DNA of 63,366 nt, filler included, from Reclinomonas americana ATCC 50394 (lineage: Eukaryota): NCBI GenBank assembly GCA_048213135.1. It is 23 parts of 23 records of this genome, joined end to end, with 100 filler letters (N's around TTAATTAATTAA, not from the genome) between each part and the next. Parts side by side here need not be neighbours in the genome. Positions count along the whole stretch, not along the records: positions 31,926 to 33,050 come from AFZH01024384.1; positions 33,151 to 35,359 come from AFZH01024386.1; positions 35,460 to 38,794 come from AFZH01024387.1; positions 38,895 to 39,976 come from AFZH01024390.1; positions 40,077 to 41,446 come from AFZH01024391.1; positions 41,547 to 46,046 come from AFZH01024392.1; 17 more parts are not named here. One strand, given 5' to 3'. The position numbers and the translations under genes were made by a program. This document shows, piece by piece, positions 32,535 through 44,207 of the stretch. Each line of letters opens with the position of its first letter. Within the stretch, counting starts at the first letter, position 1. The notes beneath the pieces were generated by a model. It was not told the origin of the DNA, made no database searches, and saw only the letters and a program-made list of their open reading frames with translations.

Positions 32535-33050
32535 ATGCAGCCAGCGATGTCACCGGACGCCGCGGCGCCCGTCCTGCGAGATGTGGATTCATGGCCGTTC
32601 AACTGGATCGGCGACCTGCTGCGGGTGATCTATGCCTGCCGCGTCGCCGCGATCTCCGTCCTGCTCGGCTACCTGCTGCTGACCAAGGTTCCGCAGGCGC
32701 GCGACCTCTTCCTGGTCTTCCAGGGACCAGCCTTCGGACCGGGGACCGACTATCCCCGCTTCTGGGAGATGCTGTTCCGCTGGCTCGTCTATTTCGTCAT
32801 CCACATCATCGCCTGGAGCGGCGCCGTCCAGGCGTCCGCCGAGCATCTGCTCGGCGAAAGCGCCTGGCTGATCGGCCCGTCCCGGGAACTCACGCCGCGC
32901 GACATGGCGATCTACGATCGCCGCTTTCGCGCCTTCGTCCTCGTCGTACCCTATGCGCTCGCACTTCTGACCTTTTTCGCGGTCTGGCGCGGTTATGAGG
33001 CCGCGCTGGCCGATCTGCCCCGCGACGGCGTCGGCTCCCTGGCCTTGTCC
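32535..33050 (+). CDS. Hypothetical membrane protein, 3' partial
   Basis: Several hydrophobic segments, high GC3. Confidence 0.6.
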
Positions 33051-33150
33051 NNNNNNNNNNNNNNNNNNNNNNNNNNNNNNNNNNNNNNNNNNNNTTAATT
33101 AATTAANNNNNNNNNNNNNNNNNNNNNNNNNNNNNNNNNNNNNNNNNNNN

Positions 33151-33327
33151 CTCGACGCACGCCTCCTTGGAGCGGAAGTATCGCCACAGGGTGCGCGTCG
33201 CGATCCCCGCCGCTGCGGCGATGTCGTCCCCGCGCGTGGCCGAAACCCCGTCTCGCCAGAAGAGTTCCGCGGCCAGACGAGACACCTGCAGGCGTGCATC
33301 CGGACGGCGGCGCAGATCGATGGGCAC
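33151..33327 (-). CDS. TetR family regulator, 3' partial
   Basis: AAELFWRDGVSAT..DIAAAAGIATRTLWRYFRSKE HTH. Confidence 0.9.
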
Positions 33328-33337
33328 TCGAGTTTCT

Positions 33338-33406
33338 GTCACATAGTGACTATACGCCGTGGATGAGCTACGATCTGTCATGAAGTGACAGTAGACACTT
33401 CATGAC
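33338..33406. promoter_or_regulatory. Candidate TetR operators in divergent promoter
   Basis: GTCAC-ATA-GTGAC (33338-50), CTGTCA-N5-TGACAG (33375-91), and 11-bp inverted repeat GTCATGAAGTG/CACTTCATGAC (33377-33406). Confidence 0.6.
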
Positions 33407-33429
33407 TATAGAGAAACGGGTCCACCGCC

Positions 33430-34202
33430 ATGAACACCTCCACCTCACCGCGCCGGCTGCGCGTGTGGCATTACCTCGTCATCGTGGCGGTCTACATCGC
33501 CATCGTCCAGGCGACGGGGATCTTCCTCACCGCCGGTCAGGACGTCGAGTACGCGCAGCCCACGTCGGTGGACTATCTGATCAGGTCGTACGTCATCCCC
33601 GTCGGACTCGGCATCCTCTTCGCGATCGGAATCACGGGGTACCTGGGCCGATGGCAGGAGATCTTCGTGGAAGGCAGACGGTTCCGACGCTGGACCCTCG
33701 TCGTGCCCGCGATCGTGCTCGTCTGCGCGCTGATCATCACCAACTACAGCGGCCTCGGCGAGAAGGGCATCGTCTTCGCGCTGCTGCTGTTCATCTCGAC
33801 CATGATGGTCGGCTTCGGCGAAGAGCTCGTGTTCCGCGGCATCGGAGTCTCCGCCTTCCGCGACGGCGGATTCAGCGAGTTCAAGGTCGGGCTGTGGACC
33901 ACCGTGATCTTCGGGCTCGCGCACGGCACGAACATCTCGTCGCCGGCCCGCAGGCGCTGGTCCAGGTCGTCGCCACCACCGCCACGGGGTTCGTGTTCTA
34001 CCTCGTCCTCCGCAGTACCGGTGCTCTGGTGATCGCGATGGCCGCCCATGGGCTCTGGGACTTCTCCGTCATCAGCACCCAGGTGAACCCCGACTCACCG
34101 TCACCCCTGGCGAACATCGCCGGAGTCGCCCTCGCGGTCGTGCTCCTCATCGCGGTCCTCGCGCGCAAGCGGCTGAACCCCTCGGGTGCGAAGTCCGCCT
34201 GA
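33430..34202 (+). CDS. CPBP/CAAX intramembrane metalloprotease, -1 frameshift at ~33936
   Basis: GEELVFRG and FGLAH in one frame; AAHGLWD in the frame ending at 34202. Confidence 0.85.
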
Positions 34203-34210
34203 TCCCGCCG

Positions 34211-35359
34211 TCAGAGCCCTTCGCGACGCACCATCGGGACGGCCACCGCACGCACCACTGTCTCCAGTAGGCGCCATCCTGCTCGGTGCCGCCACGGAAG
34301 GTGGTGCGTGTACACCGCGGTGTACTCGAATTCCGGCTCGGCCCCTCGGTTGCGCTTGAACGCGGCCACCCCGCTCGAGTTGTGCAGCTGGACACCGTTC
34401 TCGTTGGCGGTGCGGGCCACGAGATAGCTGAGCATCCGATAGAGGCCGCGTTCCTGCGGGAGCTGCGTGTCGTAGCCGAGAACAGGAGCGGCGAGGAAGC
34501 CGTTCGCCACGCGGAACCCGAAGACGCCGTCGATGCGAGCGTCACCCTCGCGTTCGAGCAGGACGAACTCCAGCAGCCCGCTCTGCTGCGCGACGCCGAT
34601 GAACGCGGCGTTGTAGCGAGGGTTGAGCCGCGAGTACTTGTCGACGTACAGCTGCGTGTAGAGCTGGGCGATCCGCTCGCGCACGGGGAGGGGCGACATC
34701 CCGGTGACGGGGTCGAGCGGTGCGGGCCGCGCCCGATAGGCCGAGCCTTCGTACACGGCGCGATCGCGCACGGTGTCACGGACGCGCGCCCATCCGGTAC
34801 CGCGCGTCTCGGTGAACAGGACGCTGCGCGCGGGGATGAGCCGATAGCCGCAGCGGCGCAACGTCTCAGGCAGCAGGTTGCCGCGCCCGTGCACGCTGCG
34901 CCAGCCGATGGCGAGATGCGGATGCGACCGCTGCAGCGCCTCGGTGAGCCCGGCCACCTCCGCCTCGTCGAGCTGCGGATGCAGATTCGTAGAGATCAGG
35001 GAGTTGCCCACGAACGCGACGTCGTCGATGCGCGACACGGCGAACGCCATCCCGAGGACGTGCAGCAGACCCCGAGCTGCGAGGCGGGCCGCCCGAGAAC
35101 GCAGCTCTCCCACCTCCTCGCGGGCATAGTGCAGGTAGTGCGTCACGGGTGACACGACGTAGCTCTGCGGATCGGTCTCTTCACTCCGCACGTCCGGGCG
35201 CGAAGTAAGGGATGAGGGCGTGGTCAACGGCAGTCGCTCGCCGCCGACCGCCACGACCGAGAGGGTGACGTCGACGTTGGATGCGACGTCGCGGGTACCG
35301 CCCGCACGGGCGACGGCGGCCGCGAACGCATCGGCCCCGCTGTGCTGTACCGGCTCGGG
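34211..35359 (-). CDS. Conserved hypothetical protein with GNAT-like C-terminus, 5' partial
   Basis: SYVVSP..HY, N.LISTNLHP, LYVDKYSRLNP, GYDT..GLYRML, SSG..FKRNRGA; frame open to contig end. Confidence 0.72.
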   Translation of the reverse strand, partial: PEPVQHSGADAFAAAVARAGGTRDVASNVDVTLSVVAVGGERLPLTTPSSLTSRPDVRSEETDPQSYVVSPVTHYLHYAREEVGELRSRAARLAARGLLHVLGMAFAVSRIDDVAFVGNSLISTNLHPQLDEAEVAGLTEALQRSHPHLAIGWRSVHGRGNLLPETLRRCGYRLIPARSVLFTETRGTGWARVRDTVRDRAVYEGSAYRARPAPLDPVTGMSPLPVRERIAQLYTQLYVDKYSRLNPRYNAAFIGVAQQSGLLEFVLLEREGDARIDGVFGFRVANGFLAAPVLGYDTQLPQERGLYRMLSYLVARTANENGVQLHNSSGVAAFKRNRGAEPEFEYTAVYTHHLPWRHRAGWRLLETVVRAVAVPMVRREGL

Positions 35360-35459
35360 NNNNNNNNNNNNNNNNNNNNNNNNNNNNNNNNNNNNNNNNN
35401 NNNTTAATTAATTAANNNNNNNNNNNNNNNNNNNNNNNNNNNNNNNNNNNNNNNNNNNN

Positions 35460-35979
35460 CTCCGTCTTCGCCGTCCTGTCCATCCTCACCGTGATGCTCA
35501 CCTTCCTCCTCGGCGTCACCCGCGTGTGGTTCTCGATGAGTCGCGATGGGCTCCTCCCGGGGTGGTTCGCCAAGACCGACCGAAACGGCACCCCACAGCG
35601 CGTCACCTGGATCGCCGGCGTCGCCTCAGCACTCCTCGCGGGCGTGTTCCCCATCAAGGCCGTCGCGGATCTCACCAACATCGGCATCCTCGCTGCGTTC
35701 GTCGTGGTCTGCTTGTCGGTCATCATCTTCCGATACAAGCGCCCGGATGCTCCCCGCACCTTCCGGCTCCCGCTCATGCCGCTGGTTCCCGCCTTCGGCA
35801 TGCTCGCCTCCGGCTTCCTGATGCTCCAGCTGCACTGGGAGACCTGGCTCCGCTTCGGCGGCTGGCTCATCATCGGCCTCATCATCTACTTCGTCTACGG
35901 CCGCAGGCACTCCCTGATGAACCCGAACAGTCCACGACACGCGGAGAAGCCGGCAGCGAAGGCACCGGGCAGCGAATAG
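35460..35979 (+). CDS. APC-family amino acid permease, 5' partial
   Basis: RVWFSMSRDGLLP..TP..NIGILAAF..RTFRLP..TWLRF..YGRRHS. Confidence 0.92.
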
Positions 35980-36003
35980 GGAGTGCCGAAGCGGGGAGGA
36001 AAG

Positions 36004-36873
36004 ATGGTCGATATTGACGAGGCCCTGGTGGCCCAGCTCATATCGGAGCAGTTTCCGCACTGGAGCACCCTGCACATTCGCGCGGTTCCGCAACAGGGGT
36101 GGGACAACCGGACGTTTCGCCTGGGAGATGACCTTTCCGTGCGGCTGCCCAGTGGCGAGGCCTATGCCGCGGCTGTCGAGAAGGAGAAGCGCGCGCTCGA
36201 GTTCCTCGACGGGAAGCTCCCGGTTCTCGTCCCCGGTGTCGTGGCAGTTGGAGCGCCGAGCCAGGACTACCCGCTTCCGTGGTCCGTGCGTCGATGGCTG
36301 CCCGGTGACACGCTGGACGAGAATTCGCTGATCGACCGGGTCTCCTTGGCCGTCGATCTGGGAACGGTGCTGCGCGCACTGAGATCCCTCCCGACAGGGG
36401 CGGGCGCCGCAGCGGGACGACATTCCTTCTACCGCGGCTGTCACCCGAGCGTGTACGGCGATCAGGTGCAGATCGCCCTCGAACGTCTGGGAGACGACGT
36501 CGATGCGGAGCGGTGCCGAGAGATCTGGCTCGCCGCGACGACGTCTGCGTGGGAGTCCGAGCCTGTCTGGTTCCACGGAGACGTCGCCACCGGCAACCTC
36601 CTCACAGAGGAAGGACGACTTTCGGCACTCATCGATCTCGGCACATGCGGGATCGGCGACCCCGCATGTGACCTCGTCATCGCGTGGACCTTGTTCGACG
36701 GCGAGGCGCGTGCGGCGTTTCACGAGTCGGTCGGCCTCGATGATGCGACCTGGCAACGCGCGCGAGGATGGGCCCTCTGGAAAGCGCTTGTGACCATGTC
36801 GGACCAGTCCGGCCCGGATCCCGGGAGAACTCAGCAGCGCGTGCTCGCGGAAGTCCTCTCCACGGCGCCCTAG
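36004..36873 (+). CDS. Aminoglycoside phosphotransferase (APH) family protein
   Basis: GWDNRTFRLG, HGDVATGNLL, IDLG..GDPACDL; GGAGG RBS. Confidence 0.92.
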   Translation: MVDIDEALVAQLISEQFPHWSTLHIRAVPQQGWDNRTFRLGDDLSVRLPSGEAYAAAVEKEKRALEFLDGKLPVLVPGVVAVGAPSQDYPLPWSVRRWLPGDTLDENSLIDRVSLAVDLGTVLRALRSLPTGAGAAAGRHSFYRGCHPSVYGDQVQIALERLGDDVDAERCREIWLAATTSAWESEPVWFHGDVATGNLLTEEGRLSALIDLGTCGIGDPACDLVIAWTLFDGEARAAFHESVGLDDATWQRARGWALWKALVTMSDQSGPDPGRTQQRVLAEVLSTAP

Positions 36874-36913
36874 GTCGCCGGGGACTCTGTCGTGTTGACC
36901 CGGAACCTACAAC

Positions 36914-38287
36914 TCAGTTGAAGTCGCCGCCCGGGGCCATGTCCTTGAAGCGCGAGTAGTGACCCTGGAACGCGACCGTGATGGTGGCGGTCGGGCCGTT
37001 ACGGTGCTTGGCGACGATGAGGTCTGCCTCGCCCGGACGCACGTCCTTGTCGTAGACGGAATCGCGGTGGAGCAGGATGACCATGTCGGCATCCTGCTCG
37101 ATCGAGCCGGACTCACGCAGGTCGCTGATCGCGGGCTTCTTGTCCTGCCGCTGCTCGGGACCACGGTTCAGTTGCGACAGGGCGATGACGGGAACCTGCA
37201 GCTCCTTGGCGATGAGCTTGAGGCTTCGCGAGAACTCGGAGACCTCCTGCTGACGCGACTCGACGCGCTTGCCCGATGTCATGAGCTGCAGATAGTCGAT
37301 GATGACCATGCGCAGACCCTCGCGCTGCTTGAGTCGACGGCACTTGGCGCGGATCTCGACGAGCGTCATGTTGGGGCTGTCGTCGATGTAGAGGGGCGCG
37401 TCGTTGATGCGACCGCGGGTCGCGGCGACGGTGGTCCAGTCGCGCGGGTCGAGCGTTCCCTTGCGCATGTTCTGCAGCGGGATCCCGCCCTCGGCGCTGA
37501 GCAGACGCATCGCGATCTCGCTCTTGCCCATCTCGAGCGAGAAGAAGATCGACGGGAAGTCATGACCGATGGATGCCGCGCGGGCGAAGTCGAGGGCGAG
37601 CGTCGACTTACCCATCGCGGGTCGGGCCGCGACGACGATCATCTGGCCACCGTGGAGGCCGTTGGTGAGCTCGTCGAGCTCTTTGAACCCGGTCGGGATG
37701 CCGGTCATCGACCCGTCGCGGCCGTTCGCGGCCTCGATCTCCTCGATCGCCGCGTCGACGGCCGTGGTCAACGGCACGTAGTCCTCGGCCGTCTCCGTGC
37801 CGGTGACCGAGTAGATCTCGGCCTGGGCGTTGTTGACGATGTCGGTCGCGTCGCCCTCGCCGGCGTACCCGAGCTGCACGATGCGCGTGCCCGCGTCGAC
37901 CAGGCGACGCAGGATGGCCCGTTCGTTGACGATGCCCGCGTAGTACCCGGCGTTCGCTGCGGTCGGGACGATCGAGGTGAGGGTGTGCAGGTAGTCGGCG
38001 CCGCCGGCCCTGCCGAGCTCGCCTGTCTTGATGAGCTCGTCGGTGACCGCGACCACATCCGTCGGTTCGCCGTGCGAGTACAGCGACAGGATCGCCTCGA
38101 AGATCAACTCGTGCTTCGGGATGTAGAAGTCGGCGCCCTTGAGGGTCTCGATCACGTCGGCGACGGCGTCTTTCGACAGCAGCATGCCGCCCAGCGCGCT
38201 CTGCTCGGCGAGGAGGTCATGGGGAGGCGTGCGCTCGGGCGGGCGCTGCCCTCCCAGGCGCTCCTCTGAGATGTCCGCGATCGACAC
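36914..38287 (-). CDS. dnaB: Replicative DNA helicase (no intein)
   Basis: PPHDLLAEQSALGGML, AARPAMGKS, IIDYLQL, SQLNR, DLRESGSIEQDAD, AKHRNGPT. Confidence 0.98.
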   Translation of the reverse strand: MSIADISEERLGGQRPPERTPPHDLLAEQSALGGMLLSKDAVADVIETLKGADFYIPKHELIFEAILSLYSHGEPTDVVAVTDELIKTGELGRAGGADYLHTLTSIVPTAANAGYYAGIVNERAILRRLVDAGTRIVQLGYAGEGDATDIVNNAQAEIYSVTGTETAEDYVPLTTAVDAAIEEIEAANGRDGSMTGIPTGFKELDELTNGLHGGQMIVVAARPAMGKSTLALDFARAASIGHDFPSIFFSLEMGKSEIAMRLLSAEGGIPLQNMRKGTLDPRDWTTVAATRGRINDAPLYIDDSPNMTLVEIRAKCRRLKQREGLRMVIIDYLQLMTSGKRVESRQQEVSEFSRSLKLIAKELQVPVIALSQLNRGPEQRQDKKPAISDLRESGSIEQDADMVILLHRDSVYDKDVRPGEADLIVAKHRNGPTATITVAFQGHYSRFKDMAPGGDFN

Positions 38288-38445
38288 GCTTTTCCCTTCG
38301 ATGCGACGTTTCCGAATGCGCCGCCCCGAGGGGCGGAGCCGTGTCCGTCCGGCCGTTCCGGCCGCTGTGCACAGCGAATCAGGAGCCCCCGACATTCGGT
38401 CGCTCGACCACGCTACGAGCGGCGTGAATCGGGTGCAACACAGCC

Positions 38446-38588
38446 TGTGGATAACTCTGTGGAGAGTTTGCGGACAAAGCCGGAGTGTCTGTGTAGAACG
38501 GTTGTGGATAACCCGGTGGACGGTCTTTCATATTGGTTTTCTTAATCGCCCTGACCTGGGCTTTCTCGATTCCCCAGCCTGTGGATGG
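38446..38588. promoter_or_regulatory. DnaA-box cluster upstream of dnaB
   Basis: Perfect TGTGGATAA at 38446 and 38503; mismatched boxes at 38458, 38469, 38515 and 38580, all co-oriented. Confidence 0.75.
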
Positions 38589-39724
38589 GAACCGGGTTCA
38601 ATGCGTGATTGAAGGTTTTCCCGTCATGGGACGACATGTGCAGAACCTGGGGAAAGTCAAGCCGAGATTCTGCCGGGCGCGTCATCGCGCGATGAGCTTC
38701 CGGACCTGCGCGAAATAGCCCTGGACAACGGCTGTAAGCGCGAGTATCGTCAGCCCATCGAGCACGTTCGTGCCGATGGTGCGTTGCCTTCAGANNNNNN
38801 NNNNNNNNNNNNNNNNNNNNNNNNNNNNNNNNNNNNNNTTAATTAATTAANNNNNNNNNNNNNNNNNNNNNNNNNNNNNNNNNNNNNNNNNNNNAGCAGC
38901 AGCAGCACGTTTCGACGAGAACGATCAGAGTCTCAACAGGGAAGTGAAGACTTCGATCGTATTTCACTTACGAAACCGTGATATTCCAACTGTGATGGAA
39001 ATCCGGGTTTCCTCTGTATGTGAGACTTTTCATTCTCTCTGCCTTGTTCCTCCTTCCCCAAATGCCGTCGTCTGTCAAGTTTTTCTTTCTATTGCCAGGG
39101 AGCCCATGCTTGATGATTGGCTGCCGTGTACTATACCATGGTGAGCGAGAAAAGGAGTGTTGGCTGACAGAGAGAGTCTGTGTGTGTGAGAAAGAGAGTC
39201 CGCGACCATGTGAAGAAGAAGAAGAAGAAGAAGAAGTTCATACATCGTGACGCGACCATGTGAAAGATGATTCGGATCATTTGTTATTTATGGTACACTG
39301 TTTTCTGAACGTGAATGAACAAGCAGTCGACCTTTTTTCTTCTGCTCGTTCTTCTTTTCGTTTTGCGTACTTGAGTACGGACTGACGTCCCCTGCATGTA
39401 TGATCTCGTGCTCTACGCTGCGCGAGAGAACACTCACTGTGATGGCGAGACAACTGTGGCAATAATTTGAGACAGATGTGAAATAGTATTGCAAAGCATC
39501 TCTCGCTGCTTTGAGTAGCCAATAGCTCACTTCATTATCTCTGCTCGCATTTTGCGTCATCAAGTCACGGCTCATTCTGGCTTTCACCGCTTGTCTTTAA
39601 AACGTACGGATCATGCAGGCTCTTGCGGCCTGCTTAGCCCCACCCACCGCATTGCACCCGACTCCGATATCAATCATTCAAGAGTTCGACTGATTCACTT
39701 GTTTCTGCACCCAGTACTTATTCT

Positions 39725-40310
39725 CTCTCTACCACGCACACACACTCACTGAGCATGGACTCGCGGACACACAACAACAGCGACAGCAACAGTAACAAAA
39801 CAGACAGACATCACACAGCAGATCGCGCAGCCAATCTCTCTCTCTCTCTCCCACGCACACACACACACTCTCTCACTGTGCATCGACTCGCGGACACACA
39901 ACGACAGCAACGGCAACAAACAAACAGACATCGCACAGCAGATCGCGCAGCCAATCTCTCTCTCTCTCTCCCACACNNNNNNNNNNNNNNNNNNNNNNNN
40001 NNNNNNNNNNNNNNNNNNNNTTAATTAATTAANNNNNNNNNNNNNNNNNNNNNNNNNNNNNNNNNNNNNNNNNNNNCACACTCTCACTGTGCATCGACTC
40101 GCGGACACACAACAACGGCAACAGCAACGGCAACAGACAGACAGACATCGCACAGCAGATCGCGCAGCCAATCTCTCTCTCTATCCCAACACGCACACAC
40201 ACTCACTGAGCATCGACTCGCGGACACAAAACAACAGCGACAGCAACAGACAGACATCGCACAGCAGATCGCGCAGCCAATCTCTCTCTCTCCCACACAC
40301 ACATACACAC
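39725..40310. repeat. Tandem minisatellite, ~120-bp unit, interrupted by a gap
   Basis: Unit CACTG(A/T)GCATCGACTCGCGGACAC..CGCACAGCAGATCGCGCAGCCAATCTCTC, at least 4 copies. Confidence 0.85.
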
Positions 40311-40559
40311 ATGATCATGCAGGCTCTCGTTTCGGCTTCTTGGCCTGCCTTGCCCCACCCGCCGCATTGCACCCCGACTCCGAAATCAATCATTCAATAG
40401 TGCATTTGTATCACTAATTTCTGCACCGCGTGGTGCATGCAACGACTCACTCGCACATCGAGAACACACGACACAACAGCAGCAACAAACAACAGACAGC
40501 ACATGGACAGTACAGCAGATAAGCACACGCACACACACTCTGTTTCTCATCTCTCTCCT

Positions 40560-41920
40560 TGTCTCCCTCTCTCACTGCATCAACTCGCTCTCGCATACCG
40601 AGAACACACAACAACACAACAACGAACAGACAAGACAGCACTAAGCAGATTCCACAGCCGTTCTCTCCTTCTCCCTCTCCCTCTCTCACTGCATCAACTC
40701 GCTCGCACACCAAGTACACACAACAACACAACAACGAACAGACAAGACAGCACTAAGCAGATTCCACAGCCAGTCTCTCCTTCTCTCTCTCCCTCTCCCA
40801 CTGCATCGACTCGCTCTCGCATACCAAGTACACACAATTGCAACAGCACAAAACAGATCTCACAGTCGTTCTCTCCTTCTCTCTCTCTCCCTCTCTCGCT
40901 GCATCGACTCACTCTCGCATACCGAGAACACGCAACAACACAACAACGAACATAAAGACAGCACAAAGCAGATATCACAGTTGTTCTCTCCTTCTCTCTC
41001 TCTCCCTCTCTCACTGCATCAACTCGTTCTCGCACACCGAGTATACGTACACGCAACAACAACAACAGCGAACAGAAAGACAGCACAAAGCAGATCTCAC
41101 AGCCGTTCTCTCCTTCTCTCTCCCTCTGCATCGATATCGACTCGTTCTTGCACACCGAGAACACACAACAACACAGCAACGAACATAAAGACAGCACAAA
41201 GCAGATATCACAGTTGTTCTCTCCTTCTCTCCCTCTCCCTCTCTCGCTGCATCAACTCGCTCTCGCATACTGCTGCAACACAACAACGAACACAAAGACA
41301 GCATAGAGCAGATCTCACAGCCGTTCTCTCCTTCTCTCTCTCTCCCTCTCTCAATGCATCAACTCGCTCTCGCATACTGCTGCAACACAACAACGAACAG
41401 AAAGACAGCACAAAGCAGATCTCACAGCCATTCTCCCCTTCTCCCTNNNNNNNNNNNNNNNNNNNNNNNNNNNNNNNNNNNNNNNNNNNNTTAATTAATT
41501 AANNNNNNNNNNNNNNNNNNNNNNNNNNNNNNNNNNNNNNNNNNNNATCGCATACTGCTGCAACACAACAACGAACAGAAAGACAGCACAAAGCAGATCT
41601 CACAGCCATTCTCCCCTTCTCCCTCTCTCTCTCTCCCTCTCTCAATGCATCAACTCGCTATCGCATACTGCTGCAACACAACAACGAACAGAAAGACAGC
41701 ACAAAGCAGATCTCACAGCCATTCTCCCCTTCTCCCTCTCTCTCTCTCTTACTGCATCAACTCGCTCTCGCATACCGAGAACACACAACAACACAACAAC
41801 GAACAGAAAGACGGCACAAAGCTGATCTCACAGTTGTTCTCTCCTTCTCCCTCTCCCTCTCTCACTGCATCAACTCGCTCTCGCATACCGAGAACACACA
41901 ACAACACAACAACGATGAAC
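40560..41920. repeat. Tandem minisatellite, ~100-bp unit, interrupted by a gap
   Basis: Unit TGCATCAACTCGCTCTCGCATAC..CAACAACGAACA..AAGACAGCACAAAGCAGATCTCACAG, about a dozen copies. Confidence 0.88.
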
Positions 41921-43962
41921 GGAAAGACAAAGCACGGCCATTCTCTCTCCCTCTTCTTATCCAACCAAATGTCCACCAACCTCTCGGTTGTTGTTTCTCT
42001 CACCGATGAGTATCAGCATTCACAGCAGATGTACTTGTGAAAAAATGAGGATCTGACTGCGTTTCCATCCACCCATGCACTCTCTCTTGCCCCTTTTGAA
42101 TGAACGTGAGGCATCGTGGCATCAAGAGAGAGTGTGTACAAATCGTCACTGCTCTGTCGACCGCAACCAGGTATGCTCTACCTGCTTGTTTGTCGGTATA
42201 GAGGGGCAGCGGCTCACTTTGTTGTTTCTCTCTCTCTCTCTCTCCATCTCCATCTCCATCTCCATCTCCACCACTTACATGGATCGTTGTTGTAGTTGCT
42301 GTTGTCGTTTGTTCTCTCGTCGCTGGTGATGGGCACTGTTCTCACGGTGGCATCAAGAGTGAGAGAGAGAGAGAGGGAGCGCACCTCGTTGCTGCCGTGG
42401 TCACTCGCCAGCAGGTGCGCTCAGTCTGTGTGCCTATGCACAAGCCACTGCCTATCGTATATGAAAACCACACCATTCTATAATAATTATCGGCGTTCAT
42501 TGTAATTCTCGGGGAATCTGCTCTCCTTCTTGTCAACCACTCTGCTCGCGATCAATCACTCGCCACCAGCACTGCATCCACTCTTCCATCAACTTACTTC
42601 ATCTCGTCTCTTGACTTCTTGTATCAAATCACCTTCCCATCCACCATTTACACATGACATACCCATAACTTGCATTCACCACCTCCACTTGTGCTTCTCC
42701 ATCTCTCCCTCTCCCTCTTTCCACCAAACATCCTCACTCGCAGTTGGCTCATCTCATACTCATCCACTCTCTTGCTCATGCGCTCCCAACATCCCCGCAC
42801 CGCACCTCCACTTCTGCTTCTTCATCTCTCTCTCTCACTCTCCATCAAACATCCTCACTCACTCATGTTCACCCACTTCTCATTCTCCGAGGGAGGACTG
42901 CGGTACAAGGAAAGGAACGCACTATCGCGCACTGTCTCTCACTCTCCTCTCTCGCTCTCTCATTTCTCAATCTCACTCCTCATTCACAGTCTCTTCCGCC
43001 CACCAATCTCACTCCCCATTACGCATCGCTCACCGTCCTCACCACTCACACATCCACTCGAGCTCAATCATCTCAAAACACATTCCCTGCTTCTGCATCA
43101 CCGCATCTCGTCTCGTATCGCCTCCTTCTCCATCCACTCACTCACAAATGCATTCGTCTTGCCTACCTTCACCCCTCACGCGCTTTCTGCCACCATCGTC
43201 ACTCCCTCATCTCACGCTACATCAACTTGCAGCACTTCTCTGCGCTCTCTTTCTCTTTCCCTCCGTCTCTCTCTTCTCCAACCCTCCACTTCGACTGCCA
43301 TCTCTTCTCTCTTGTACTCAATCGCCCCACACCCTTGTCCTTCCGTGCCCTCATCTCACCCTTCATCAACCTGCATCACTCTTCTCTGCGCTCTTTCCCT
43401 CTGTCTCCACCAATCCTTCACCTCGACTGCCATGTCTTATCTCTCCTTCTTCTTTCCTAGTCCTTCCATCTCCCTTCTCTTCCTCCTCCTCCTCCTGCCT
43501 CGACTCTCCCGCAGAAGCACTCACACGCACTCAAATCATCCCAAACCACTGTCTTCGCTTCCTTGTATTTCCACTGCTTTCCTCTCATTCATCCGACTTT
43601 GCCACCCACTCACTCTTCATTCCCTCCCCCTTGTCGATGTTCACTCCGCCCACCATGCATGTCACCTCACAGTCCATACCTCTTCGTACTTTTCTCTGAT
43701 TCCCTTTCCCGAGTATCCACTCACCTACAATTCTGATGTACATGCAGTCCACCATCCTCACCAGTCACTCACTCACTCGCCCATCTCATTCTCCGATCGT
43801 GCATCTTGCACACCTCGGCTCGTCCTATCAGTTCGTCCCCTTCACTCACTCACCATCCTCGCCATTCACTCGAGCTCACTCTCTCGCCCATCACATACTC
43901 CGATTGTACATCTCGCCCACCTCGGCTCGTGCTATCCCTTCGTCTCCTTCACTCGTCCACTC

Positions 43963-44207
43963 ACTCAGTGATCTTATCTTCAACTCAGATTAGCTTTCCG
44001 TGCAGTCATCTGACTTTATTCTCGTCCGTCTATTCGCCTTTGATTCCCTCATCCGCGTCGACTTACCTTATCCACGCCTCTGCTCTCACTCCCTTTCCCG
44101 TTTACTCAGTCATCTCATCTTTACTCAGATTAGCTTTCCGTGCAGTTATCTGACTTTCTTCTCGTCCGTCTATTCGCCTTTGATTCCCTCATCCGCGTCG
44201 ACTTACC
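43963..44207. repeat. Direct duplication of ~105 bp
   Basis: ACTCAGATTAGCTTTCCGTGCAG..CGCGTCGACTTACC at 43963-44067 and 44104-44207. Confidence 0.85.

Noticed and set aside
36004..36873. Acquired aminoglycoside resistance gene
   Set aside because: Generic chromosomal APH-fold protein with no mobile context; substrate unknown.
39725..41920. Possible CRISPR array
   Set aside because: Whole units are repeated and degenerate, with no unique spacers, no cas genes and a eukaryotic context.
42530..43971. Long ORFs of 238-433 aa in three frames
   Set aside because: C/T-rich low-complexity DNA lacks stops by composition; the S/L/H/P-rich products have no motifs.
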